DNA from: Guillardia theta CCMP2712 | Lineage: Eukaryota; Protista; Cryptophyta | Length of the DNA stretch: 64,000 nt | Direction: 5' to 3' | Assembly: GCF_000315625.1 (NCBI RefSeq) | Contig: NW_005434616.1 | Span: 376,805 to 440,804, forward strand | Shown here: piece by piece, positions 22,901 to 35,691 of the stretch | How the letters are laid out: the number at the start of each line of letters is the position of its first letter | How positions within the stretch are numbered: position 1 is the stretch's first letter | Notes under the pieces: generated by a model | What the model was told of the DNA's origin: nothing | Seen by the model: the letters and a program-made list of their open reading frames with translations, nothing else | Database searches by the model: none | Made by a program: the position numbers and the translations under genes

Positions 22901-25900
22901 CGGCTCGCAGCATCTGATCAGGAGCATCGAGTCAGAGTTCGAGACGAACGTGGCAGGAGCAGAGGCGAAGTTTGCGATGCTCATGAACAAGCCCAACATC
23001 TCCAAGACAGGGTTGAAGAAGGCCACCAACGACCAGTCTGCCCTCCTCCGCGCCGAGAAGCAAACGATCCAGCGGATCAGTGAGATCAACAAGCTGAAGC
23101 CGCTGATTGAGCAGCACGCGGAGAAGAAGGAGGGAGTGCGAGAGAGGGCGAGGGAGGTGGAGGAGAAGATGAGGAGGTTGGAGCATGACCTCTCCATCGT
23201 CAAGAGGCAGTCTGAGAGCCTGAGGAGGACGATGGTAGAGCTGAAGAGGACCGAGGCAGCTCAGCGGAAGGAGTATGATGCGAAGCTGCAGGAGAGAAAC
23301 AAGATCAGGATGAAGGTCGACAGTCGCGCGCTTGCCATCTTCCTCTCCGTGCTCTTCCTCCTCTTCCCCTCCTTCCCCTCATCTCGCTCCCCCTTGTTCT
23401 GTCCTCGTCATTGTCCTTGCCTTCTTGTTATCCCTCCTCGTACCTCTCCCTCATCTGGCTCATTCTGAACCCTCCTCCCTCTCCTTCCAGTCTCTTGCCT
23501 TTCCCGTCACCACCTTCTCCTCTTCTCTCCTGCCCCCTCCTCGTCCTCCTCTTAACTTCCTGTAGGTCGAACGACTGCGGCAGGACGTCAAGGCTGAGAT
23601 GGCGGAAAGGAACAAGCAAAGGGAGCGGTATCGCTTCCTCATCGCCCAGGAGAGGGAGATGCAGCTCCGACACCTCCTCCGTCAGTCTCAGCTCTCCGGC
23701 TCTGACCAACAGGAGCTCGACCAGGTGCAGCAAGAGCTGGTGGAGGCGTCGAGGGCGAAGGAGGAGGCGGAGGCGCATGCTCGTATGATACAAGCAAGTT
23801 TGGCGAACTACGAGAGGCTGAGGGAGGAGGTGGAGGGAAGGAGGCAGAAGCAGAACGGTGGAGGAGGGGAGGAGAGGGATGGGAGGAGGTTGACCACGGG
23901 CGCGAAGGAGACAAGAAGGAGCGAGGAGGTTCAGAATGAGCCAGATGAGGGAGAGCTGCTGGGGATTCCAATCGCAGGATGGAACTCAGGGGAGAGAAGT
24001 CAGGAGGAAGGATGGCGGGAGGACCTGCCTGGTGTCGGAGGAGTGCCGGATGCTGCGGATGTGGGACAGAAAGTTGAAGAGGAGTATGAGATGCTGCAAG
24101 AGGAGGAGTGGAACCTGGGAGAAGGGCGGATGGAAGAGGAGGAGAACAGGGAGGAGGAGCTGGGCAGCAAAGAGGTGGGGAGGGAGGAGGAGAAATCATA
24201 CGCCCCTGCTGCGTACGACGGAGGATATGAGATCGTCCAAGAGGAAGACCAGGGAGCTGACAAGTCAAGGAAGCTGGAGCTCCTGTTAGAAGACGAAGAC
24301 TTCGAGGAGGAGCTGGAGCGGAAACTGCAGAAGTTCCGTCAGCAGCTGGAAGACGAGAAGCGGGCGGAGGAGCGCGAGAAGCGGAGGAAGGAGAAGCTGC
24401 GGGCAAAGCTTGCAATGAAGAGAGAGCAACAGCGAGCATATCAAGAGGAGAGCGAGGAGGAGGAGGAGGAGGAGGAGGAGGAGGGTGGGAGGAACCACAT
24501 GGACCCAAGGTCGATCAACTGGCAAGCGTCTGTCTTGCATCATGAGGGGGAAGAGAAGGCAGTGGAGAGGAAGGAGAGGACTGCGAGGAGGAGGAGGAGA
24601 GGGCCTGGCGAGAATGGGCGGGATGAAGGACGACAAGTTGGAGAAGGAGAAGGAGGAGGAGGAGGACGCAGCCGAGGAGGAGGCTGAGCACGAGGAAGAG
24701 GAAGNNNNNNNNNNNNNNNNNNNNNNNNNNNNNNNNNNNNNNNNNNNNNNNNNNNNNNNNNNNNNNNNNNNNNNNNNNNNNNNNNNNNNNNNNNNNNNNN
24801 NNNNAGGAGGAGGAGGAGGAGGCCGGGCAAGAGGGCGGTCAAGAGAGAAGCGGGGGAAGGCTGCATCGCGCGACAGCTCGTTAGCCGCCAAGAAGAAACA
24901 GGAGGAGCAGGAGAAGCACGAGGACGACGAGAGTCGCTCATATGGCGGGAGGCGATCGACGAGCAGGAGCAGGAAGAAAGGAAAGCACGGGAGGAGGAGA
25001 GGAGCCGACAGCGGGTCCGAGTACGAGAGCGGAGCGGAGAGCGTCGACCCTGGCACGCACGCCTCCTCCAGTGCTGCCCGTCATGCCATGGTGGAGAGGT
25101 CAAGGAAGAAGGAGGCAGAGAAGAGGAGGAGGAGGCAACTTTGGACCCTGCTGGCCTTCGCCATTGCGATTGGAGTGATCTGCTGGATGGTCGGCATCTC
25201 GTTCCTCGACCCGGACGCTACTCGCCCCTCCTCGTCTCGCTCGCGGTCTTCTCCTCCTCTCTCCCCGGAACGGAAGGGGATGAAGCCGCTGGCCTCCGTC
25301 GAAATCCGGGGGGAGGAGGACGCTGGGAGGAAGACGATGATGCATATCTACCACGGGCCGGAAGAGGTCGAGGGGGTGGAGGAGGATGTCGATCGCTTCA
25401 TGCAGGCCATGAGAATCCCCTCGAGCTACCGCGAGCAGCTGCTGCAAAGCGCCTTCAATGCTCTTGACAGCGCCTTGCAGGATGGAGGATGGGAGGAGGA
25501 GGAGGAGGAGGAGGATGTTGGGACTCGAGGGAGGAGGAGCTCACCTACCGGCCAGCCTCTGGCGATGCTGCGGATTCAGAGCAGGGAGGACCCCTCCCAA
25601 TCCCTCGAGCTGCCACTCTTTCATGACGGGAGCGACCGGAAAGGGGTGGAGGAAGACGTCGATCGCTTTATCTCCTCCCATGGCTTCGACCCCCAGCTCC
25701 GTTCCCAGCTCGTCAAGGGGGCATTGGACGCCCTGCGGGGGCAGTCGGAGGGGAGGAGTTTCTCAGCTCCTGCTGGTTTCCAGCAGGGGAACAGCTTCGG
25801 GGAGAAGTTCGAGGACTTCGAAGATGAGGCAGACGAGGGCGAAGAGGGAGGGGGTGAGCGGGAGGAAGAGGAGGAAGAGGAACAGCCAAGGGAGCAACCC

Positions 25901-26224
25901 AGGAGGACGGGAAAGAAGGAGCCTCCAATGAGGCAGCAGCAGAACGAAGGGGAAGAGGAAGGGGAGTTTGCGGAGGAGGACGAGGAGCACGAGCTGTTCC
26001 CCAAGGCAGCCAGGAAGGTTCCCAGGAAGCAGCTGGGGTCTGTGAAGCTGCGACAGGAGCAGGGAGGAGCCCAACTGCTCTTCCCCTTCTTCAGCGACTC
26101 AGATGAGAAGTCGCTCATGGCGGAGGCCAGGGAGTTTGCAAGGAGTCATAACATCAAGAGCTCGCAAGTCCCCAGCATCGTTGCCGCCGCTCTCAAGAAG
26201 CTGAAGAAGAAGAGGAAGGGATGA
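19967..26224 (+). CDS. Large Glu-rich coiled-coil protein with one TM helix and three C-terminal ~60-aa repeats (may be more than one gene; spans a gap)
   Basis: Long + ORFs 20498-21148, 21770-22771, 22950-23468, 23599-24687 and 24485-26224 separated by pyrimidine- or purine-rich introns; ERVEEVEG(E)n repeats; TM 'LWTLLAFAIAIGVICWMVGISFL'. Confidence 0.6.
24705..24804. other. Assembly gap (100 N)
   Basis: Run of N. Confidence 1.
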
Positions 26225-26299
26225 GGAGGAGGAGGAGAGGAGAGGAGGAGGAGAGGAGGTGGGGAAGGGCATGAAGGCATCTTAGGGCAACGGGGCTGG

Positions 26300-27863
<1,564 letters not shown>

Positions 27864-27998
27864 CTGCACGTAGAGGGATGAACCAGGGGTGGTTATAACT
27901 TTATTTGCGGGGGTAGGGGTACTCCAAGTGAAGGGATTTACCACAGGCTCCCTCCCTTGGTAGCAAGGGAGGTAGCAACGAAGGAGGAAAGAGAAGGA

Positions 27999-28835
27999 AT
28001 GGCGACTAACTTGACAAGTCTCCTCCTGTTCATCGTCCTCTTGGTCAGTCAAGAGACTCCGACGAGCGGATTCTTGCCTCCTGTCCCCCGCATCCTTCAC
28101 AGACCTGTCAGACACTCGTTACCTCTCAGATGCGAGAACGAGGATGGGCGTGGCAACGGGGAGGAGAGGGAGGGAGCAGAGAGCATCTTCGATAGAGCGG
28201 GCAAGAGCAGATACGAGTCCTTCTACAAGAATGCAGCAGACAGTCAGGCTATCGACGTGGAGTCGACGACCTTGAAGGTTGAGAAGCAAACGAATCCGTT
28301 CTTCGTCGGGTACTCCGATGCAGAGCTGGCAGGTGTGTGGGCTGTGCATGAGAAACATTATGGTGCTCGGCCAGAGGAGGAGCGGAGGGTGCTTCCGACG
28401 TTAGGAGACATGCCGATCTTCGGGGCACCCATGATGGAGGAGAAGGCAGAGCTGGAGGAGGAGGAGGAGGAGGAGGAGAAAGAATTGGAAGGCGTGCGGT
28501 TCTTGTGCTCGAGCGTGGAGAACCCTGCGAGCAACTTCGACGTAGTTGTTGACCCTGACGTGCACTGGGATGACTTCATCTCTATCCTGGAGAAGGAGGC
28601 AGGAGGAAGAGTAGCTTTCGAGTACGATGCTGGAGAAGGGAGGAGGTCTGTGGGGTCGGAAGAAGACTTTGAGGGGATGTGGGACGACGTTCAGCAGAAG
28701 AAGGTGTGTTGAGAGTTGGTTGCAAACTTGCAATGGAGAGCACTGAAATGTTTGTTTTTACTTACAGTTATCAACAGTTCAAGTTTTTTTCAGGTCTGCA
28801 TAAAGTCAATTCTGAGAGCTGGGAGGTCCTTCTAG
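27999..28835 (+). CDS. Probable plastid-targeted protein with a C-terminal PB1-like region
   Basis: Signal peptide MATNLTSLLLFIVLLVSQ...SG|F followed by an R/P/S-rich transit-like stretch; C-terminal 'HWDDFISILEKEAGGRVAFEYDAGEGRRSVGSEEDFEGMW'; last exon uncertain. Confidence 0.6.
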
Positions 28836-28924
28836 TGACGGACGGAGGAGGAGGAGGAGGAGGAAGAGAGGGAGGGGCTGAGGAGGAGGAGAGAAAGAGC
28901 ATTGAACAGGCAGACTAGCAAATC

Positions 28925-30246
28925 TCATCGCCCTCCTCGCGTCGTTCTCCTCTTTTGCAGGCTGGCGCAGTATGCACGGCTGCTAAGTGTGGGCGGAAAA
29001 CTTGTCGAAGGAGGACGAAAGAAAGGATAGCGTACAGCAGATGAAGCCTTCGTCCCTATATCAATCGTCCGACATCTTTGTCTCCTCACTGGTGCCTGCG
29101 GACATATCATCCATGCTCTGCATGTTTACAGCTCAAGTGCTTCACCTTTGTCGTCCCCTTCCTTGATTGTCCCGTCCGTCCCCTCCATCTTACTCCCCTC
29201 CCCATCCTGCGATGGAGGATTTTCGGAGCTGTCCTCCATCGGCGTGTCTGCAACCTGGTTGTCCTACGATGACGTCAGGTTTCGAATTCCACTACGTCAC
29301 AATCCAATCTCTCTCTGCCAAAATTTCCGATTCTCCCCTCTTCTTTCTGAACTATTTCAACCTCTCCCCTTCCTCTCAAGCACAGTCTCTCCTGGTGCAA
29401 CGCTCTCTCTTCCCCTCTATCTCTGTCTTGATCTCTGTCTCTGTCTGTCCTCGCCATCAGACCTGCGCCACGAAGTTTGAGTCGCACACCTCATGCTCTG
29501 ACACGATGGTTGTGACCGACAGAAGCTGCGCAGACAGCAATATCAAACTCACGCCCAGCTTGCCTTCACCTCAAGTGGTCGAAGCAAGCAGGAGAGCACT
29601 TCATGTTACCTTGTCAACGGCTGCTAAAAGTTTCAATTTCGTCTTGTGATGTCGGTGAGGCGAGAGTAGAAGCTCGCAAAGTCGCTGGACTGTGAAGGGG
29701 GGCCTGAAGGAAACGGAAGCCACAACTCAACAGGAGGGCACAAGGACTTGTGACAACGTACCCGTGGAACTGAGCGAGGATGCTGTAGAGCCGGTTGCAG
29801 CTCTCCTGGTACGTTGCTTCCCCTGCCAGGCCCGGCGTAGGGATAACCGGGAACTGCTCGCTGCTATCTTCAAGAATATTCTTCAGCTGGAAAACCAATA
29901 GATGGACGAGGCTCGCCCAGTTGTAGCTGCAGACAAGTCAGAACAAGTAAGGAGATATGCCGAGAAGAGCGAAGGAACTACCTAACTATCCCTGTCCTTG
30001 CGATCTCCTGTATGGCAGACATCAAAACTTCGTTCATCGCCTTACTCTCGGCTCCTGCAAACGCTGTTGACAGCAAAAGATAGAAGTCATTCCTCGTCCT
30101 CCTCCTGCTCCTCCTAGTCCCCCCCCCCGCCCCCCCCCCCCCTCCCTCCTCCTCCTATCTTATTAGTTCTACGCACATTCGATCGCCTGCTGTGTCTCCT
30201 CATGAGTTGGCATCGAGGGAGCCTCCACTTCGGGCCTGGTCACCAT
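28925..30246 (-). CDS. PPP4R2: PP4 regulatory subunit 2 homolog, multi-exon (3' end approximate)
   Basis: Exons 'MVTRPEVEAP...', 'IQEIARTG', 'YNWASLVHLLVFQLKNIL...LAQFHG', 'PFTVQRLCELLLSPHRHHKTKLKLLAAVDK', 'LLSVTT' match the PPP4R2 signature. Confidence 0.85.
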
Positions 30247-30966
30247 GAAGTTGTCATGAGAAAGATCCCCAGACTGATCTTGTTCGCAAGTTCCGCTGTC
30301 TTTTCTCGCGGACTTTTGTATAATTTTCATTTTCCACCAATGATTCGTCCGAAAACAATGATTCGTCCGAAAACAAATCCCTCACGTCATTCTATCACGA
30401 TTGCGTGCTTGCTGTACCACGTTTTACTCCCTCCCGCCATTTTTCATGGGATGACCTGTCGCTCCTAAGGTAGAGCTGGGGTCACCTCTTCAACCCTCTA
30501 CTCTACATCTCATTCTGATTACCAAAAGGTCACGAGATTCTTGCTCAATCTAGCTTATCCTCTCATCTCCCACCCAACACCACTGATTCCTCGCTCCTCT
30601 GTCGATTTCTTACCAAACCTCTGATCCCTCTGTGCCCACTTGTTCTCCTCACACCCCTTCCTCGACATGCCTCTCCCATCCTATCTCGCTCATGCGTCAG
30701 ACTGGCATTGTCTCCCTCCCATCCTTCCTTCCTCCCTCCGCGCCTCATCCCCCCATCCAGGCGACTGCATGCTCGTGGTTCAGTGGCGGAGGAAGCCCGT
30801 CGTAACCAACGTAACGGTTCTTGTGGCAAGAACGGTTACGCCATGGCATACTTGTAACCGGACGGTAAACTCAGTGAAACGTTCGCCGGGAGTCCGGGCC
30901 CCGGGCCCCGGGTACGTCAGTGGGCCCTTCGGAAGTTCAGGCGACTTCAACGGGTCGTGACTGAAT

Positions 30967-31002
30967 GTCCTCGTACTGATTTTTAACTTAACTTTGAGTA
31001 AA
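30967..31002 (+). repeat. Second copy of the 36-bp CRE-3'-UTR-related motif
   Basis: GTCCTCGTACTGATTTTTAACTTAACTTTGAGTAAA, 1 mismatch to 2571-2606. Confidence 0.85.
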
Positions 31003-31209
31003 AGACTGAAGAGTGACTTGAGCGATTATTGTACCTCCCACCCCCGCCCCCGGCAGGCACTGAAGAGCAGGGTTGAGGAATACCCCACCCATCTTGAAGC
31101 GACAAGAACTATGAAGCATAGGGGGTGGGGGGTTGACTCTGTTACCGTACCCCTACCTACCCTCAGCCACGGGTCCGTGCGTTTGACTGCGGAATTACCG
31201 GGGCCCCTC

Positions 31210-32016
31210 ATGGCTGCATGGTTGTTATGCTCGACGGCTGGGGACGACATGGAGGAGGAGGAGGGAGAGAACAAGCTCGGGGGGTTCGAGCGACAGTACA
31301 ACAACGTCATCTCATCGTTCACGTCCATCATTTGCTGCAAGGAATCGGAGCTTGGGCACATGAGACAAGAGGAATGTTCGCGCCAGCGATCACCAGCGTT
31401 CCGCCCGATCAACATGCTGGAAGTGCAGGATGTCCACCAGAATCCCGCTGCTTGTGAGGGCCGGCATGGCAGCGGTCTCCACATTAGGAGGCAGGTCGAG
31501 TATGACTATGATGTAACCTTGAGGGACTTCAACGTCAAACGACCGTATGGTTGTCACGGTGAATGAGTCTTGATCTTGACAATGGGTCGACAGGTTATTT
31601 GACGAGATGAAAGAGTTGGATGCAAAGTTGGACACTCTCACGCATGAGTTTCATCAGGTAGCACAATGTTCAATCGGAAGTGAAGTGAGCCCGTGCTGTT
31701 TACAGATCGAAACGATGCAGCTTATATTCGGCAAAGCTCGGTATGCATCTAATCAAATTTCTGCATCATGGATTGATAGCGAAAATTATTGTACAGAGAA
31801 AATGAAATCAGAGAAGCAAGGAAAAAAGAGCTGAGGACACAGGTAACTTTTGCATATGACTTTTTGACGACCTGTAAGCGATTTTCTCTATCCAAGATTT
31901 TCAAACTTCGAGAAAGGAGGAATGAAGTTCGCAAGGAGCTGAATGCTTGGAATTGTCAGAGGATATCAACCAAGTACAAGACCCTCGAGACTGTAAATTC
32001 TGTTTCAAGCAAATGA
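31210..32016 (+). CDS. Hypothetical multi-exon protein (ends uncertain)
   Basis: Consecutive coding-like + ORFs (31210-31566, 31607-, 31789-32016) with GT-AG breaks, downstream of a GGGGTA cluster; no family recognised. Confidence 0.35.
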
Positions 32017-32194
32017 CTTGCCAATATTTTAATGTTGAACTTTCTTGTTTGCTCATAGCCGAGTAGAACCATTCCAGTCACACGTTTACCTTTGAGCAAC
32101 ACAACGGCAGCATCACGGTGCATCCCATGTTCAGCTGAGAGAGGGGAGCACACCGGAGTCTGACGGTCCGGTCGGATCAGACAACTGTAGTGAC

Positions 32195-34930
32195 TCAGTA
32201 GGCTATATATGCCTCCAAGAACCTCACAGAGTCAATCTTTCTTATTCGGCGGTAAACTTGACTCGGAAACAAAAGTTAAAGATCAGTACGAGGACAATCA
32301 GGAGAGTCGAGGAGGCTTGACCCTGACACTGTCGCACAGGCCAAACGGCGAGAAGAGAAAAGACAGCGAGAACCAAACCTAAACCTGCCGACTGCTGTCC
32401 CCCAAACTTAACTGATACCTTCACTTAACTGCGCGCTGGACAATCCCCCCGCGCCGCCATGCCAGCGATGTCGCGGTGGCCGCCGCCGAAGGAATGAGAC
32501 GCATACCGGGATGCACCCGCGATGATGGCAGCGTAGGACAGGGAGGCCTTGAGCTGACGAAAGATCCTGGACCGGATGCGTTTGCAAGTCGGATCACCTG
32601 AGACGTCTTGCGAGGCCGAGAGACCATCCAGCGCTACCGTTTCCTTGTTCGCCGAGCGATCCGCCAGCCACCACAGAAAGCGCAACGCATCGTCCTGCAA
32701 GAGGCCATCAGTGCTGGCGATGATGGGAAGAAAGGCCTTTGGCGGGACGTGCTGAGCATATGCATTACGATGCCCTCGGATCTTCCGCTGTGCTGCCGCT
32801 TGCAGTTTGCTCCGAGCGAGGTCCGGGATTCCATCATTGTCAAAAACATGTGACATGCTGAAGTCCAGGATTAACCCATGCCATCCGCCTCCAGTAGCCA
32901 TCAGTTGTGGAAGTTCAAAGTCCCCTACATGATGATCTTCAGGGCCATGTTGGGAAACGTTCTGCCTGGTGCCGGGTACGCCCTGCACGTGGACACGGCA
33001 TCTCACTCCGGAATCTTTGATGAGGGTACTGAGGACGGCATTGCACTTCTCATGCGCATCAGTCCATAACTGGCTGCGGTGCCTGCAGGTTGCCATGTGT
33101 GTGGTCCCCCCAGGATGACGGAGAAGATGATGGCATCTATCGCAGTGCGGCGGGAGGTCAACCGGCAATCCATGAAGAAACTTGTCAGCGGCAGCCACCA
33201 AGCTGATGGGCTGCTGCTCAAAGATCCCAAGGTTTGTACTTTCCATGATCGAGTGCCAAATCGTGCGCTGAGGGGTAAACTGAGACAGAAGTTCATCAAC
33301 CGGGTGGCCTGGTACTCGAAGGGGAGTAGAGAAGCTGGGGTGGTGTGCCAACAAAGATCTCTGGCGCTCAGAAAGGTGAGCCCGAATACTGCGGAACCGA
33401 GGAAACTCCGAGAGGAACTGAGCCGTGAGCTCCCGCTGGGCGGGGATGAAAAGCGCACTGCCCGACGTCCCAAATAATTCCGGCGAGGGGATCCAGCCAT
33501 TGTCGCACGCCTGAGGAAGCTCCGCCAAGGAGGTGTACGCCGAGATGCCCTGCTCCATCAAGTGCCTGTGAGTGTCCAAGAAGGCAGCCAGCATGGGGAC
33601 AACATCCCCAGCGTCCGCTTGCTGCGGTTGGCGGATTCGAAGCTCAGTGTCAGAATTGATCCGGTGGAAAAGTGGCGGTGTAGGTAACATCCAATGCTGG
33701 AAGATGGCAATTTCACCCGCCCATTTGAGAAACTTGGCAGTCGCCGACCAGAATGCGGTGTGGGCCACGCCCTCCTGCGGGGTGAACCCATCTCCTCCAG
33801 CACTATAAGGCAACTGACGTTTGAAATAGGCAAAGTGAAGGTCAGATGGAGGGGTGTCAGGGGCAGGTTGCAGGTCAGATAAACCCTCCTGTGCCTGGTT
33901 CTGTGGCCACTGAAACACCTTCGCCAGGAGACGGAGATTCGCGACGTCAAAGCACTTGCACTGGGCAGCTGTCAAGGCCGGGGAAATTCCACGCAAGAAG
34001 TATTGGAGGGTGGGAACGTGGGTCGTTTTCAAGAGCTGCTTGAGACCCAACGCAATGGGAAATTGTTCCAACTGGGTCAATTCAGCATTGAGGGCATTCA
34101 CCTTGGCAGTGATAAACTCTTGCTGGAAGGACTGAGATCCTATCGGGATACCTCCAAGGATGATCCCCTGGCCGCGGAAGGCAAACTGCTGCAAGCCCGG
34201 GTACCTGCTGCAAATATGCTCTTGGATGGCTTGTTGCTGACTAGATTGAAGTTCGCACCAGGACGAGGAGAATATCTGCGAATCTCTGGGTTGAATCTCC
34301 AATCCTAGCTCTTGTTTTAAAGTATCAACCAGCGATGCAGTGGCCTGTGCGGCAACTGAGAGCTTTCCAATAACAGCCATGTTATCCGCATAGGCCGGGA
34401 AGACACAGTCGGGAAAGGTCTCTGCGACTTTGACCAGGGAAGGGAAGGTGGTGTGCGCAAAGAGAGCCATCGCCAAGGGGTCCCCCTGAGAAACTCCCGT
34501 GGTGGCCGAAAAAGCCCGAGTCTCTCGCTGATGTTTCAGAAATAACTTACCTGCCTGGCCATAATATTGATGAACATACGGAAGGACTCCTTGGGAAAAG
34601 TTTTCACAACGATGCTCGGGAGCAAGGAGGATGTCAAATAGCCGTTGGCGAGAGATCTCATTGAAGGCATTTCTTGCGTCGATCATGATGATTACCGTGG
34701 GATCAAAATTATCAGACTCACCTTCGCCCTGGTCTGGGAATGGGTTGGCAAAAGAATGGGGTCCTAACAGGCATTCGATGGTCTTGCAGAATTTGAGGCA
34801 ACCTTCCTCCAGACCCACGCAAAATTGCAGGACCCGAGAGTGACTGAGGGTGAAGTGGCTCTCTAAAGATTTTCGGTAGAAACGACAGAAGATGCTAGAC
34901 ACAATCCTTTCTTATCCCATCCGATGATCA
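32195..34930 (-). mobile_element. 5'-truncated CRE-clade (RLE-type) non-LTR retrotransposon
   Basis: Intronless 825-codon ORF with RT motifs QFCVG, IDARNAFNEISR, GVSQGDPL, YADN and GIILGGIPIG; C-terminal CxxC...HxxxC knuckle and restriction-like endonuclease (GD...ILDFS...K); ~230-nt putative 3' UTR. Ends approximate, no TSD seen. Confidence 0.9.
32425..34902 (-). CDS. RT + zinc knuckle + RLE polyprotein, N-terminally truncated
   Basis: ORF track; the frame starts inside RT domain 2 with no ATG, and an in-frame stop lies just upstream. Confidence 0.85.
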   Translation of the reverse strand: MSSIFCRFYRKSLESHFTLSHSRVLQFCVGLEEGCLKFCKTIECLLGPHSFANPFPDQGEGESDNFDPTVIIMIDARNAFNEISRQRLFDILLAPEHRCENFSQGVLPYVHQYYGQAGKLFLKHQRETRAFSATTGVSQGDPLAMALFAHTTFPSLVKVAETFPDCVFPAYADNMAVIGKLSVAAQATASLVDTLKQELGLEIQPRDSQIFSSSWCELQSSQQQAIQEHICSRYPGLQQFAFRGQGIILGGIPIGSQSFQQEFITAKVNALNAELTQLEQFPIALGLKQLLKTTHVPTLQYFLRGISPALTAAQCKCFDVANLRLLAKVFQWPQNQAQEGLSDLQPAPDTPPSDLHFAYFKRQLPYSAGGDGFTPQEGVAHTAFWSATAKFLKWAGEIAIFQHWMLPTPPLFHRINSDTELRIRQPQQADAGDVVPMLAAFLDTHRHLMEQGISAYTSLAELPQACDNGWIPSPELFGTSGSALFIPAQRELTAQFLSEFPRFRSIRAHLSERQRSLLAHHPSFSTPLRVPGHPVDELLSQFTPQRTIWHSIMESTNLGIFEQQPISLVAAADKFLHGLPVDLPPHCDRCHHLLRHPGGTTHMATCRHRSQLWTDAHEKCNAVLSTLIKDSGVRCRVHVQGVPGTRQNVSQHGPEDHHVGDFELPQLMATGGGWHGLILDFSMSHVFDNDGIPDLARSKLQAAAQRKIRGHRNAYAQHVPPKAFLPIIASTDGLLQDDALRFLWWLADRSANKETVALDGLSASQDVSGDPTCKRIRSRIFRQLKASLSYAAIIAGASRYASHSFGGGHRDIAGMAARGDCPARS

Positions 34931-35097
34931 GCCGCTCTACCGTACGGTAGGAAGTATTCATACGTCAAAGGCTCCGAGGGCGGCCGGCCCGGAAATTGAC
35001 CCCGGATCCCTCAGGTCCATTTTCAAACCACGATGACCGAAGCTGAGTTCAGCGAGTCAGCTTTATTCTGACTGCCTCCGGTAGAGGGGCCTGAGGG

Positions 35098-35475
35098 TTT
35101 GTTGACTACTGGGAGCCTGGAAGGAGGCGAGTTCTTTTTTGTCTGGGCAGATAGATCAATTCTTCAGCCATGTTCCTGTTAATTTAAGCTACTTCTGGGT
35201 TAAAATAACACACTTCTTGCCTCTCCCATTGACCTTTTTTTTAGGATTTATTCCTGTCAATCTGAAACTCACAATCTTTGGGGTTGTTTTCTGGCGAGAC
35301 ATGCTAATTTACTCAGTTCTGACTTATTTTAACCTAGTTCTGACTTATTTCCGGCACAATGTTCCCCAATAATAGACGGCAATCTTCCGGCTTCAAACAC
35401 CATACCCCCCATTTGTTACCCTCTACCCCCTTGTCCCCCCTGAGAAGTTGACACCCCTCTGGTAGGGTGGGTGTG
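35098..35475 (+). repeat. Element P, copy 1 (diverged), with phased CTGACTTAT cores
   Basis: Starts TTGTTGACTACTGG...GAGGCGAG like copy 4; cores at 35319 and 35340; shared TACCCCCTTGTC...AAGTTGACA...GGGTGGG tail. Confidence 0.7.
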
Positions 35476-35691
35476 GCTCGCGTAATTGTCCTCCTTTACC
35501 TCTGCGCCCACGACAAGCTCTCTTGCTCTGCTCCTCCTGCTCCTGCTCCTCTGTAAGCTCAGTCCTCCCTCTCTCAGGCTCCATCCTCCCTCTCTCCCTC
35601 TCCCGCCCCCTACTTTCGTCGAGGTCCGGACCAGTCTGTTGATTTAAGTCTATCGTAGCATCTGCGAGTCAGCCTCGAGCCCTCTAGCAGC

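Noticed and set aside
32229-32264. U5 snRNA-like stem (AATCTTTC...)
   Set aside because: Lacks the invariant U5 loop I GCCTTTTAC and an Sm site; better explained as retroelement 3' UTR
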